A stretch of DNA of 49,034 nt, the filler included, from Streblomastix strix (Eukaryota), in assembly GCA_008636045.1 (NCBI GenBank). It is 2 parts of 2 records of this genome, joined end to end, with 100 filler letters (N's around TTAATTAATTAA, not from the genome) between each part and the next. Parts side by side here need not be neighbours in the genome. Positions count along the whole stretch, not along the records: positions 1 to 24,476 come from SNRW01000233.1; 1 more part is not named here. The stretch is one strand, 5' to 3'. The notes beneath the pieces were generated by a model. That model saw nothing but the letters and a program-made list of their open reading frames with translations. It had not been told where the DNA came from and ran no database searches. The translations under genes and the position numbers were made by a program. Positions 1 to 15,000 of the stretch are shown here, piece after piece (within the stretch, counting starts at the first letter, position 1; each line of letters begins with the position of its first letter).

Positions 1-82
1 TAAAGAAATATTTGTATTAAGGTAGAAGGTGAATTGAAAGAAATTTAGAATTAGTCAGACAAAGCAAGTTAATGAAATGATT

Positions 83-3000
83 TCAGGTTATTGCTTTAAG
101 GTAATAAATCCACTTATAAGATGACAGTTGAGGACATGATACAACAAGTGAACCATTCTTTTATAACCCTCCTTTAAATTAAATGTTGACAAGTATGCTT
201 TTTTTAGGTAGGATGATTTCTGAAGTCTTCCCAACTATAAATGCATTGTTGTCTACAGTGAAGTTGAACTGTGCTTATGTTGGGAATATGTTTTTTATTG
301 AAATATTGGTTCCACTTGTTCCTGTAGTCATTGATACTGCTTTTACATTAATTGGACCTTGAGGTGTAGGTTAAAGACATTGTCCAGTTAGAATGCAAGA
401 GTATACTCCACCTCTTTCTGATGTTATTGTGAGGGTTGCTTTCTAAATACCAATTTCAGTTGGTTCATAGGAAACTGGAACAGCTATTTCAACACCAGCA
501 GTTTATGATATGGCTGAAGGAGCTTGAATTACATTTGTGCCACCTGGAAGAGCCAATGCGAAAGCTGCTGAATCTGTTCCTTCACTAATGATGTTACATT
601 TAAATTCACACGTCCCACCTGCATACCTATTAGTGAATCGGAATATTTGTGTCTGTTCTGATCCAAGAGGGACCTTAAATCTAATTGATTTCTCTGGGGG
701 TGGAGGAAGAGCTATTAAGTGCAATGAATAAACAAAGTTACCTGCTTCTTCAGAGGTAAATGTTAGTGTGTGTGTTTCATCCATCACATCAAGTGGGATA
801 AATATTATATCAACAGCACATTTTGCACGCGGTGGGAGATCTACAATAGGAGGAACAGTAAGTTGGGCACAGTTATTATGAGTAGTGAGATGAGCTTGAA
901 AACTTGTAGGATTGTCAAGTACAATAGTGTATGTGTAAGGTCTACGAACAGATGTTGAGATCTGGATCGTATCAGATGCTTTAGCAGGGATGCATATAAT
1001 ATGAACACGGTAAAATAAATATTCTAAAGGCTTTCTGGGAATCATTGATATTATTGCATTTATTTACGATGAAGGAGAAGAAGAAATTTTAAATTCTGTT
1101 GACAATTTTCTTGATGGCGAAGTTTTATTTTTCTAAACTGATTTATTAACACCGCTCTTCCCAATTTGTGAATTAATGCCTGAATTTATTCCCTGATCTT
1201 AGTCCTTTTGAATACCCGTACTTCCTCCTTATTCCATTACAAAGCGAATAATACAATCAGTTTCACCTTCTCGCAATGCTTTTGCAGCAATTCTATATGA
1301 TCTGCTCATTCCTCCACCAACATCCAGAGTAGATGAACCTGTTAACATCAAACCTAATCGGTGTTGTCCTCCAATATTACTATTTGTGATCGCATTTGGT
1401 ACATTTGCTCCAGTTGATAATTTTGAACCAATTTCTGGATTAGAGGAAGAACTTGTCTAATTAATAATAGATAAGGCTGTTGAATATTCAGGATCATTCT
1501 CCTTAATTAATTCAACTCTGTACCTTGCAGCTGAACGAGTCCAATTAGAAACTTATAATGCAAAAACTGTTTATGTATGACATTCAATCTAAATCTAGAC
1601 TGTATCTACTGGATCAGGATCTGAAGACTATCCTATTAAATTACGTAATATGCCACTGCCATCAGGCATAGGTATAAAAAGAGAGCCTTGATGTTATTAG
1701 ATGTTTGTAATATCTAAAGAATTGCTGATATTTTAGTTTTCTATTTTTGAAATATCTGAAATATCTATTTATTCTTTAGTTTATTCTTATTCCTTCGATT
1801 TTATTATTTCTTTTTCCATTGCTTCTTTTTCTCTTTCAATATTTGCTATTATTCCCATTGCTGCTGCTCCAAGAATAGTCATAGTTTATGGGCGAAATGT
1901 AATAGGTATTGTGAACTATCCAGTTGGCCCAACTTCAATAGATCCTGGCCCACTGAAACAATCCCCACTCACTAAACAGGGTAATATCAATTATTTTGAT
2001 TCGTTTCCTTTTCTATTTTGCTGAAGTGTTTGTGGTAATGATAGTTGAATTTCTTTAATCAATGTCTATCTAACAGGACATTAGAAAATTATCTCTGCTG
2101 TGTCAGCTGTTGCAACTAAACATGTGCCAGTCAATGAAATTGACAGTCGTAAAGATGATGTTGAAGTAGTTTAAGCTGAAGATAAGACTAAATTAGATTC
2201 GCCTCCATCTTGCTTTTCACTAATAATTGTACATGGAATATCATTTTTTTGTAAGTTAACAGGAGCCTAGACAGCAGATGTACTTTATGCTGGAAGAAGT
2301 GGAGGACGGAAAGTAACAAAGACTTCAGCATCTTAACCAGCTTTTACAACTCCTTTAGATGGTTCAAGAATAAATTCTGGAGCCAAAGATTTGATATCCC
2401 AACTAAAAGAAGCGCCAAGATCACCCGAATTTTATACGAGAATGCGCCGTGTTAGTTGACTTCCTCTTACAACTGGCCCAAATGCAAGTAATGAATTGTC
2501 CAGCTTCACTTCTAATCCCAAACACGCGCCCATCAATGACACAAGTGGAATGCTTCGTCCCATACATTCAGCAACAACAGGACATGTGAATGCTCGGACT
2601 CTTCCCTTTGGAGCAAAAACAAATTTGAATTCAACGCTTTGCTTTGAGTCTAAATTTACTTCAGGAGGTGTTTAAGGTGAAAGAGAAACAAAAAGATCTC
2701 GCAAAGCTTCGAGACATGGTTGTATGGTAAAGCGAACAGCACGTTTCATCCTGTTGAATACAAAAAACGATCTTGTTGAAGTCTACCCAACGCGTACAGA
2801 ATCAAAAGCAACACGTCGACCAGATTCGAGTGATGCTATTGCTTATTACACTTAGAATTGTGCTGCAGTTGCTGATGACGGTTCTTGAATTGTTGGAATT
2901 TGTTGTTGCTACTATTATTGTTACTATTATTATGCTGATGCTTTTGTAGATTGATTACCCTTTTTAATTGAAGTTGGTGCTACAGCCGATCCAGATTTTG

Positions 3001-6000
3001 AAGGTGTCGTAGTTGGGGCTGTTTATACGACAGCACCAGGAGCTTAATCAGATCCAGAGCGAGGTAATTGTGATGCTTACGTCAGTGCAGCCATTGCTTT
3101 TGCTAAGAAAGGTGAAAGTGAGGTAAGTTTAGCAACACCAGCACAAGGAGATCCACTACCAATCCCAATCCCAGGTCTATTCTAGAATACAGCACCTTCA
3201 ATTGGCACGTCCAACTTCACTGGAATTCCTTCTCCTGTGATAGAGACTGTGATTGTAAAGAGATCATTAATAACAAAAGGCAATTTCCATTCATATGTGC
3301 GTGCTTCATGTGGAAGGAAATAGAAATGAATATCGCGACTTTATCCAGCAGAAAGAAGTGTTTGCGAAGCATCTGACTCCAAAGAGCCTTCCAAAATAAA
3401 TGTTGGTTCACAATTGATATCATATTTTTCGTTATTAGTTATTTTTAGTGTTGAAATGGCAGGTTTCTAATATTGATGCATTTGAATTGATTATTAAGAT
3501 TGATTGTTTGATATAATTGGCTGGGTTGGTGTTCCTTATCCTACACCTGATGTGGATGATTGATATATTGAAGAGCCTCCTACTACAAACATCGCCCCAA
3601 AGTCGTGATTGAGCCATTCAAAAGTTAAATTAGGTCTATATCCAACAGCAGAGAGATTGAAGTAATACGTGGTTCCATTTTAAATTTTGAGCTTTGCTTA
3701 AATCGTCTGTATGTTTATGGGAATCGTTGGAGAAAATACAATGTCTAGATCAACAATTTCATCTTTGCGCTGTACAGTTCCAAAAGGAGGGGTAAATTAA
3801 ATAGCTTAAATTGTTTTCTGCCAAAATGCGGCTTCTTTTTCAAGTTTAGCCCTCCCTACAATTTAATTTTGGGGTTGAACCGTTTGTACATTAATTTATT
3901 CACTTGAAGCAGAAGACGAAGATTTCTGCTTTTAAACGGCTGATGTGCCGCGAGATCCTCCAACGTTTGAGCTCTGACTGAGTGGAATACCTTCTATAAG
4001 TGAAGTTCTAACAAGAGACCAAGTGAAATCAATAGGATAGTTACCCATATTCTTAAGTTGGAACTTTTTAATACCTTTTTACTTAACTTGAATATTTCCA
4101 AAATAAAGGTCCAAAGGATTGTTTTCATCAGCATAGCATTCTAATTTCCCTCCAGTCGTTGTTTTTTAGCTCTCTTTGTTTGAAGATGCAACATTTTTAG
4201 GTTGAAGAGCTCCACTAAAAACTCCTACATAAGATGGAACCACAAATATCTTAGTTGAAGCATCAGGAATATATGATTATTATCCATTGCCAAAATTATC
4301 CGAAAAATATACCAGACGCTCATGATTGAGATAACCGGCACCTTTTACATTCAAATTAAGTCGAGTTTACTTGCGCTCTATAATACAAGGCATATTAAAA
4401 TTGTATTCTTTCTCTTCACATGGGCAGAATGTTACTGTCAAAGCAATTTCTGATTCTGGGGGAATAGTTCCGTTTGGAGGATAAATAGTTATTATAGGAA
4501 TAATTCCAGCAGCTGCAGAAGATGGCGTTTGTGCAGATTGTAAAGAGTTAGTAGGAAGTGCAAGGGCTGCTTAAAGCGAAGAAAAACCCTCTCCTTCTTC
4601 TACAGTTGTATTTCCCGTGTTCATTTTACGTCTATTATTAAATTATGAGCTTGAACCAGCAGATTTGTTGGGGAGAACTTATCCTTTATCACTTCCAATT
4701 ACATTTGCAGTCATTACGAGGAGATTCATAGCTTGACGTACATCAGTGAGATCAAATTTAAATACAAACGGTACACGTTCTCTATTAACGATTGATATAC
4801 GTTCTTCCATAACTTTCCCCAACAGACGAGCCTAAAAGTTGACATGATGAGGCTGAATATAAACAAGTGGTTCCTCAGCCATTCCAACAAGCAACAATGG
4901 TTGTGATTTTCCAGAAGATGGAATACGAAATGACCAAAGAGACTCTACAATTTCAAGGGAGAGAGGTGTATATTCAAATATAATCTCGGCTTTCATACCA
5001 GGTAATACAGATCCTTTCTTAGTTATGCATTTGAATGGATTATCTGCGTATATTTCTTACTTGGAAATTGAAGGAGAAATGCTAGAAATAGACTTAGCTG
5101 AAGATGGCCGAACTAAACCAGATGAATTAATTTCTTAATCATTAATATTTAAGTTCTCAGTCTCATCCATACTTGCAGATGCAATAAGAGGATCAATACA
5201 ATCAATCACGAAATCCCACGAAAGTGCTGTGGGGTTAACTACATAAAATCTCTTTGTATTTCTCACTTTGATTCCTCGAGATATAAACTCGAGAACACGA
5301 GTACCAGATTGCATTGGATGTGATGCATTGAGATCATCAGCGCGACGAGCCTCTAAATAATCACTTGATTCCAATTCAAAATGGCAAAGTGGTCTTTGAG
5401 CGACTCCCATTATAAGAACGCGAGGTGGTGGTAAATGTGGTGATCTGTTAGGGATCTTAAACCAGAGCTCTCGTTCATGCAAACCAGCCTCTTAAGGACA
5501 GAATGAGATCTCTATTTTACGAGAATCTCCGGGGTACACAATCCCCTCCTAAGGTTGTACATGAAATGGAGCTAATTGGTCACAGTCTAATTCACCAGGA
5601 GGAGGATAAGAGATTTATTCAATTTTTTAGTTTTGAGTGTTATCATTATTTTCAGCTCCTTGGGTTTCAATTCGCGCTGCAGTGCTTGGCGTACTTGGAA
5701 CAGGTGAAGTGATATGAATGATAGATGCTCCAATATCTTCGTCGTATTAATTGAATTGTGAAGAATGGAACATGTTCGACCCATTTGATTTTCCTGCTCT
5801 CCACTTAGCTTGATCCAATTAAGGTAATCTTCGATGAATGAAGCTGCTGAAAGGAAGCGCGACAGTTCCAATGTTCTTCAGAGCTACTGAGAATATTCTG
5901 GTTTAAAACATGAGGGTCTCTCTGAATCTGGCTGTTTCTGTCTCTAATTCGTACTGTGTATATCCACTTACTGCATGAAGAAGAAGAAATACAGACTCAT

Positions 6001-9000
6001 ATGGTGTGGCAGGAATAGAAGGAGCAACATTTAGAGTAGTTTGAGTTACTGCAGAACCACTTTTTATCCCTCCAGCTTGATTTCCTTTTCCAAGAACTGA
6101 AGAAGCAGTTGGTAAGGTCAGTACCGATTCAATTGGATTGATTTATGGAATTTGAATCAGTTCATAAGAAGGTTCGGGTTCGACTTCAACTATTCGACGA
6201 GTTTTTGAGTGAAACATGGCTAAATCCATTTCATTTTATTTATCAATATCATTTGATTTATTCAAATCACCAATTCCGCTATTTGATATAATCCAATTTA
6301 CTGTTTGCATGGAATCATCCCAATCAATACGATCTTATCCTCTTTATTCAGCTGCAATTATTGCATTATCTGAATAGCGTATTGGTGTGAGATGGCATTT
6401 AAGAGGGAATAATATTGTTTAAACTTGAGTTGGATTAAATATAATCTTTATTCTCTTTGTTGCTTGTGGCGCAAGGTGTCCTATAGTTGGTACCATGATA
6501 AAGTCTGAAAAACATGTACGATAATCTGATGGCTAAGGGAAAATATCTGAAAAGAAAGCTTCTTTGCTTGCACGTAATTCCTCTTCTTTCTAAATTGCTG
6601 CAGCAGCTTACTAAGATGCAATTGCAGCAGAATTCACACCAGCAGATCCTTTACTACTACTTTTCTAGGTTATAGGGGAAGAAAATTGAATTGCTGGCTA
6701 TTGATGTGTTTAATCTTGCGATATAAGCTATTCAGCAGGGTGTAATCTTTTGAATTCTTCTTCCTTAATAGAAATTTATGTGGATATTGATTATTTTGAG
6801 TATAATCCTTATTGAGTATCAGGAGTACCTACAGGATCCCAATTAAATCTCAGAATTTGATCTGAAGTATTTGTTATTGTAAAAATAATCTCTTTATTTT
6901 CACCAAGAAGCACGTCTCCAAATGATAGAACATCAGTTGCAGAACAAATTACTTGTTGAATGTTCTATCCCACATTTAATTATAAAATAAGATCCATAGC
7001 AAATTTCTCAACTGAATCAGAGGATTAACTTTATTATTAAATCTATAATACGCCTTTCACACCTTAACCTTTGTCTATTTATCCGGTTCCTTTCCCCCCA
7101 GATTTACTTGATGTACTCTGTTTTATATTTTATGTTTATTGCGTTCCTATTATTAATGCAGGAGTAGCTGCAGCGATCGATTTCTCTTCTAATAGAGCTT
7201 TTGCACAAATTATAGCAGAATCTTCAACAAGCTTTATTAATTATTGCGTTTGTTAACGACTTTATATTTGATATCCATCACCAGTTATCTCTTTAGAATC
7301 TGTTTGTTCGATTAATTATTATTATCCAGAATTACACCCCATTAAAGCAGAGGTAATAGATGTAGGCAATTGTGGAAGTTAATCAAATGTCACTAATGAT
7401 ATAAAACCTTCTCCACGTAATTCACAAACAGTTTCATCATACTCATTTCCTTCTGCTGTTACTCTTACCTTATCAATATGTTTGCCTTTTGTAACTGGAC
7501 GATATATTACAATCAATTGAGCTGTTTCTTAAGGACCTAATCTGAATGTGATACTTGATTTAGGACCTTAAGATCGTTGTTTCGTTCGTTACTAAGGTGA
7601 ATTTCGATTTAATTTTTAATTTTAAGAAGATTAACCACTATTTAGTGGTACTGAAATATCATAATCGTTTTTCAGTGTTCCATCCACTGGGTTTATCATT
7701 AAATCACTATTTGAAACTGTTACTTGATAGTGGGGAGACTCGGGAAGATCTAATTTGGCCATGCAAGGCACATCTCCATCATTTTTAATCACAATATGAG
7801 ATGAAGCTTCGCGTCCAACCAATGTTCGAGGCATAAAGAGTATTTACTTTCCAACATCAGAATCCATAACCTATTAATTTTATGGTTGTTATATTTATCC
7901 TTATGTACTTGTAACTCCTTATTTCTGTGTACCAGCACCTGTTGCTTTCTATCCTGATGAAGATGAAGAAGATTTAGACGCTCCACTTTTAGGAGGTGAA
8001 GTACCAGATTGTTATTTCCCTTGTGGAACAACAGCTACTTATTCTTCATCCGGGGCGAGTCTATAAGGAAGTGGATCAATTATGATTATTCTAGGGAGTG
8101 CTCCATCACCACGCAATTCAAAAATAAGGGATTGCACTCGGCTCAATAAAGCAGCCTCTGCTTGAGCTAAAGCATCTTTTTGTTGTTGTTGTTGTTATGC
8201 AGCGGTTGTACTTCCAGTTGATCGCTAAGCAGCAGGTCCTACTGATGGATTTCCAAGTTAAGCTGTTATTTGTTAAGCGATTAAGTTGATGTTACCACTT
8301 AAATGGGCTTCAACAATGGCTCTGAACTGGGCTTCATATGATTTCAATGTTTTTGGACAGAAAGAAACCGAAATTATTTTATGTTCGTGAGGTGGAATTG
8401 ATATCCGTTTTGGCTCAACATCAAATCCAATGTTCTCTGATTTTTCAGTAACAATTTATACACTTGATGCTGAAGCTGCAGATTATCCTGTTGTTGTCCC
8501 CTTTGATGGTTCATTCTTTGATTGAATGCTTGCTCCTCCTTTTCCCTTCTATGAAATGCCTTATCCTGTTTAACTTGTTGGCAACACATTGGCTGGTGAA
8601 TCAGCTTTAGGTTCAATTGAAAGATTAACTTCACAAGGTATCTTATTTGGGTTTCTGAGATTAAATCTTTATGTTACTTCACTTCCCACATTTAAAGCAC
8701 CAAAAAGAAAGGCATGTTCATATAAGGCATATACATTGCTTTATTTTTTCTTACTAAACATATCTATTCTGGATACAACAGTTTGTTCCTCGAATATTCC
8801 TTCCATATTGCTAATATCAAGACCAGGTACACAACATTCCCCACTGAGTTCGAATGGTTTGCCAAGAGTTGTTTCTTCTGGGCTTGATCCTGCCACAATT
8901 ACTCGCAAGTTCTCTACAAATGCTTCGGTGTTATCCCAGTAGAAATCCACTTATATTTCAACTGTTGCATTAACAGCTAGTACCCCACAAGCAGGATGAA

Positions 9001-12000
9001 CAGTGAATGGGCCTATAGTTAAAGTTTCTTGTGTTGGTTCGAATGAAATTATGTTTTAAGCTCCCTAATTTCCAGATCCGGTTGAGTCGGTTCCTTTCTG
9101 TGCTTAAGATCCCTTTGTAGCATTTGAACTTTATTATTGTTTCTTTGGAGCTGTGGCACTTTTCCCAGGGGGTTAGGAACCAAACGCAGATTATTATGCT
9201 GCAAAATTCCCTGATGCGGCAATGGCATTTACAACAGCTTGAGCAGAATCAAGCCTTGGTGCTGGTATGTATGCCATTTTCTATGAGTAATCTTTAGCTT
9301 AACTCTCTCTACAGATGAGATATCTCATTTCAAATATACCAGTGTTTTACAGTTCAAATACTTTAGTTCTCTGATCACAAGCTTGTATGGCACCAAAGTT
9401 CACACCATGGATCGGTTGAAGTCGATAACTGCAATAAACAGATTTTCCTTTCAATGGGCAAGGTATTACACAAGATATTATAGATTTTTCAGCAGTAGAT
9501 TCAAATATCTTGATTTAGAAATCTGCACCGGATGAATTAAGTGATATTTCTTTCTTAGAACACCATTGTGCTGTGATTATAATTGGTTCGCCAGCCCTAT
9601 CTAAATTTCCTGCTTATGCTGAACTCTAAACAATATTAACATTAGATCCTTTCTTACCTTCACTTTATGAATTTTTACCTTAACCAGTACCGCTCTCTTC
9701 TTTGCTTCCATATGCTCGAATTATTCCAGTCATAGGGAAAACGCTTATGGCAGATTTTGCTTAATCGGTTAAAAAAACTTCGTATTTTGAATCATATTTT
9801 CCACTATTTCGAAGAGTAATAGTTTGGATTTATGCTTCTGCTACTCTTAATGTTCCAAAATCAAACATATTATCGATTGGAGAAAATTTTGCATCAACCA
9901 AAACATCAAATGCTTCAGCACTAACAGTTATTGGATGCATTGTGTGAAGTGAGGATGGCAGTATTCCAAATTCATCACTAATAACCACTATAATACATTC
10001 ATTCATCACACATGGTACAAGAGGTGAAAATTTCACACGAATCGTCGTAGTTTCACCTGGTTTCAACAATCCATTTGTAGAATTGATTGTAAATGGTAGT
10101 GGGAGAACATCTCCACTAATATTTGTTAATAACCCCTCTTAATCTTATATTAAAGGAATTGGTTATTGAGTAGAAATAGTAGTTTATTGTTATATTCCTT
10201 TAGATCCAGATTTTGATGATTTAATTTAATCTTTTCCAGGAATTTAATTAGAATCAAGGATTTACGGGGCTAATTATCCAGGAATAATTTTCCATCGAGC
10301 TGGTAATGTTGAAGCATTATGTAATGTAAAAGTTTGATCCAATACATGTTTTATCAATACTTTTTCAAATTAAAGATTAGACGTGCTGATATCAACTGTT
10401 GGCATGTCTCCTATTGCAGAAATTTTATATGAAATAGGTTGGGGCTGGTTTACAATAGATATCATCAATTTATCATTGCATACTCCACATTGAGGTGGAA
10501 CGCAGAAAATATCCATTGTACCAGTTTCTCCAGGTGGAATTGTGAGTTATCCATTTCCGCTGAAGTAAAACGTTGGTATGAGAGATTGGCACTCTTTCTT
10601 TGACCATTCAAAATCAACATGCTTTTCTAACAGCTATGCAGCATCCCCTTATACACCCGATTATCCCTGACTGCCAGAACCAGATTACCCTTTTCCAGAT
10701 GATTAACTTGATCCTTTACTTTCTTTTCCTTATTTTCCTGATCCTTGTGTTTTAGAAGGTGAAGAAGTTATTTATGGAGTTTATAATTGCTTTCCTTATG
10801 GTTAATTGGATGCAAGAATAGTTCCCGGTGTTCCTCCCTGAGACTATACTTACATTTATGCATTTAAAGATAAGTTTTATATATGAAGCTAAAGAGCTAA
10901 TAATGCCACAGCTGAGTTTATATATGAAAGAAGTGGTGTTGGTAAGATGCATTTTTCGAGGGAGAAACGAAGAATAGATGGAAGAACTCCATTGTTTTTG
11001 AATGATAATTAATGAGAGAAGCAAGTACTGGCTTATGAAGAAAGAGAAATATATTTGTTTGAAGGAGATTATGCTAGTGCTTCAAGTGCATTTAAACCCG
11101 ATAACTGTTATATTGTAGCAGTATGAACATCCTTCTTCGGAACTCCTGCTTTTATTATCTCTTACCCTTGTGGTTATGTTACAAGTAATTATTGAGGAAC
11201 TTCATTAAATGCAGGTCCAAAAAGAGATTGGATTGGTACAGTAAGAATGGGACCAAATTCAAAGGTGTCTCTTTCAGCAACAAATTATCTATGAACTTAA
11301 ATGATTGATGCATCTGGTCTCTGGCATATGGATCTAAAGATGGGTTTTGGATCTCGAACAATAGATGGAAGTGTACAAACAGCTTTTACACGTGTCATAG
11401 AAATGAGTTATCGAGTCTCTGCAATCTCAAAATGAAGTTAAGTTTCAAAAATGCCATTAATATCTGAGCGAAAAGCAATTATTACAGATATCTCCGAATT
11501 GGCAGGAACAACCCAACGTGATGATGGAGATTATTTGAAGAGATCAAATGTAAGAGGAATTATTTCAACTTAACCTTTTTGAGCAATCATAGGTCCTGTA
11601 ATATTAATTATCTCCTTTGGAATTGGATCTATTTGAGATTAATCCTCAGTTTCTTCTTATTTCTCTTTTTTCTTTTCATCATCTTATTGTTTACTAGATG
11701 CAATTTAATCTTATTAATCTAATGAAGGTGTAAGAGGTCTTGGTGATGCTGTTTGAGATTAATTTGGTGACGAAGGTTTAATTTTTTACGATCCTACTGA
11801 TGGTGATCGCTTAAGTGAACGAGATGATCCAGGAGATGACAATTAATTTCTTTTATCAATACTAACTGGATTGTTTGATGAGGTTCTTTTAATTTCTGCT
11901 TTAGATTTAGGCCTTGGACTTCCACTTCTCTATGTTCGTGTTGGAGTCGGGTTCTATTCTTCCTTTTTTTATTGAGAAGCTTATATCTGTTTTATTGCAA

Positions 12001-15000
12001 CATCTTCCCCAGATTGTGTGGCTTATTTTTCTCTTCTTCCTCTAGTTGCACCCACACTTCCTTATTATATTTATCCAGGTCCAAACATAGATTTAGTTAC
12101 AGGAAATGTTGTATTTGGAATTTCAATTATACAAAAATGAGAAAGAATTGAGGCAGAAGTAGCAGTTGATGAAGATGGTGGAATTGTTGAAGGTTGTTAA
12201 ATGCCACTGTAAAAGTATTAATTTTTTGCTGGAGGATACAAATACATTGCTTGAGTCTCTTCCATTATCAGTGGTTCCGCTCTGAGTTTTCGCATCAACT
12301 CTTCTTCTTCCTCTTTTTTCTTTCTTTCTTCTTCTTCCCTTGCAGCAGCTTCTGCAGCAGCAATTCTCGCAATTTCCAATTAAGCAGCAGCTTAGGCAGC
12401 AGCTTATCCTTTTAGATTTGTAGACTATGTATTCTATTTAACTAATTATCCACTCACATTCCCTGACTATTTTTGTTATACTTCTGTAAGTACAGTTTTA
12501 GGTTCAGCTATTTAAGGTTTTTCAAACCATGGAATTGGAGCACAATTAGAAGACCATGATTGAGATTATCCTTATCGAAGAGGAGGTTTGGTAACTACTT
12601 GAAATACATGCACTTCATCTATTTTTTATAATCTTCTTGCGTTTGCTAACGCTGTTGCAGCAGCAGCAGCTGCTGCTAGTTAATCTTCTTTCTTGTGAAT
12701 AAGTCGGAAGATAGCTAGTGGAAGTTCAATGAAAAGCAATGCACGCTAAACAAGAGTCTCTGGAACAGCAACACGCAAACGAAGGGGTATAAATGGTTGT
12801 TTAAGAAATACTTATATTCTTTTTGCTCTTTCAACAAGTTCTTTTTATGCTTTTACTTCTTCTGATTCTTCTTCATTTGTCGGATTACCATCTGCATCTA
12901 GTCCCCCCATTCCACTTAATGATGGATCATTTTCATTATCATTAGCATTTGAGTTAAATCCCAATAATTCATTTTGGTCCTCTTCTCCATCTTCAAACTC
13001 TGCATATTCATCCATTTCATTCTCATGTACATCATCAGTATAATAATCTTCTGATTCTCCATCAGAATGACCAAAGATGTCGATATCATCATTTTCTTCA
13101 TCTTGTTCTTAAATAATAGAACTCTATTCACTTCCATTTTCTATTGAAAAATATTCACCATCTTTATTTTTTTTAGAATTTTTATTAAATTTTCTTTTTT
13201 TCTTATGTCTTTATGTTTCGTTATCTGAATCTGAACTGCTATCAGAGTTGTTTGAATTTGCTCTCTGTGAATTGCTAATGTCTTTTTATGAATTTTAAAT
13301 TTATTCATGTTTAGCAATATATTAATCTAAATCTGTTGTTTGACTTCTGCTTGAAAGAGCTTACAAATTCTCATTATTCTCTTCAATTTTTTAGTATTTA
13401 TCTTAGAGATTATCAAAATTATCAGTATTACTTAAATATAAAATCATTTCATCTAATTCTGAGCTGCAAAACACATCAAAATCTTTCTTTTCCTCCTCAA
13501 GTTCTTTCTCATCAATTATTGCTTAATTAATTCCAGAGTTTCCAACAGCACCTTAATTAGCTCCTTTTCCAGTGATTGGAGAGCTTTTTTGTTATTATTG
13601 TGCTTTAAATTTTGCTGCTGCAGATTTTCCAATTATCATTGCAGCATTTTATTTTTCTTCTTCTTCTTTCTTCTTCCTGTCTTCTTCTTTCTTTTTCTCT
13701 TCTTCTTCTTTCTCTTTTTATTTCTATTCTTCTTCTTCTTCTAAAGTCATATCCATATACTTTGGATCTCTCCAAATAATCTTTCTTTTTGTAGATATTA
13801 AGCGTACAATAGTTGTTAGGGATTTGGGGAGTCTGTGCCATACAAGCTTAGTTTAATTTTCATTCAAAATCTAACTGTATTTAAAGAACACATCACCAAT
13901 TCGCATACCATAATCTTTATCTAAACCAAATAATGCATCACAGTCTAAAAAGGGTGTTTTCAATCCAGGTACTGGTTGAGGTAATAGATTCCAAGCAATT
14001 TGACTTTAATTATATTAATTTTAAGATTAATTTGGAAGCAATGTATTAATTGATATTAAACCTAATTAGGTTAATGTTTATGGTTATATTAAATCATCCA
14101 CCCAATTCAACTCCTATTCCAACTTGGATGCTTCAGATTAACTTAGCTCTGCTGCTTCCAGATCGCTTGGCTAAACAATATTTAATGTTGAGACTTTAGT
14201 ATCAACTCCTTTTGCACCTGGTTTTCCAGAGCTAGTAGAAACTCCGCTTTAAACAACAGAACCTCCTTTTGATCCTTTCTCTGGCATTCCAACTTAGCCA
14301 ACACTTGATGGAGCAGTTGATTGGGAACTTACTATCTATGCAACAGTCTATGCAGCATTATTTGCAGTAAGAAGGTGTGAGTTGTGTATTTTAGTAGATG
14401 CGTCTAAACGGAGAAGAGCAATTCTGAGCTATTATTGCATTGATGTGATCTTATCGCCTAGTGGGTCGTATTTCTTTGGTTGTACAAGTAGTTGATCAAA
14501 AGCAGCAATCATAACTTTATCAATTGAGGAAGATGGATTAAATTCATTTTAAATTCCAATAGGATATATATTCTAATTTTAGCCATAATCTACTTAATAA
14601 TCCGAAATTCTTGTTGATACTGGAGCTTTTTGATTTTGATTACCAGCTTCAATATTTTATTCAGCATTTTAGTTCAATGATTGATAAGGTGAATTTGCTA
14701 CTGTTGGGATAAGTACAGATTGTATGGGTGTAACTTTTGCAATTTTCATTTCTATTCCCTCTTTTTATAGCGGTTTTACAGTTTATTATTCAGGATTACC
14801 ATTAGAATTAACATCTTAATCAATTATTAAAGTATCTCCAAACTTTTCTTAATCTTCTTTGTCTTTTTAAGCTGTTACTGCTGCCTAAGCAGGAGTTATT
14901 TTTGCTTATTGAGATTATGCAACTGGCAAAATGGGTGTTTTTGTACCTCCTGCAGCAGCTCCTGTATTTCCCGTCTAACTCGCTTTACCTTTTTAAACTT

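Noticed and set aside
13605..13841. Arg-rich protamine-like ORF
   Set aside because: It is an off-frame reading of a GAA/AAA-rich Glu/Lys coiled-coil segment of Hydin.
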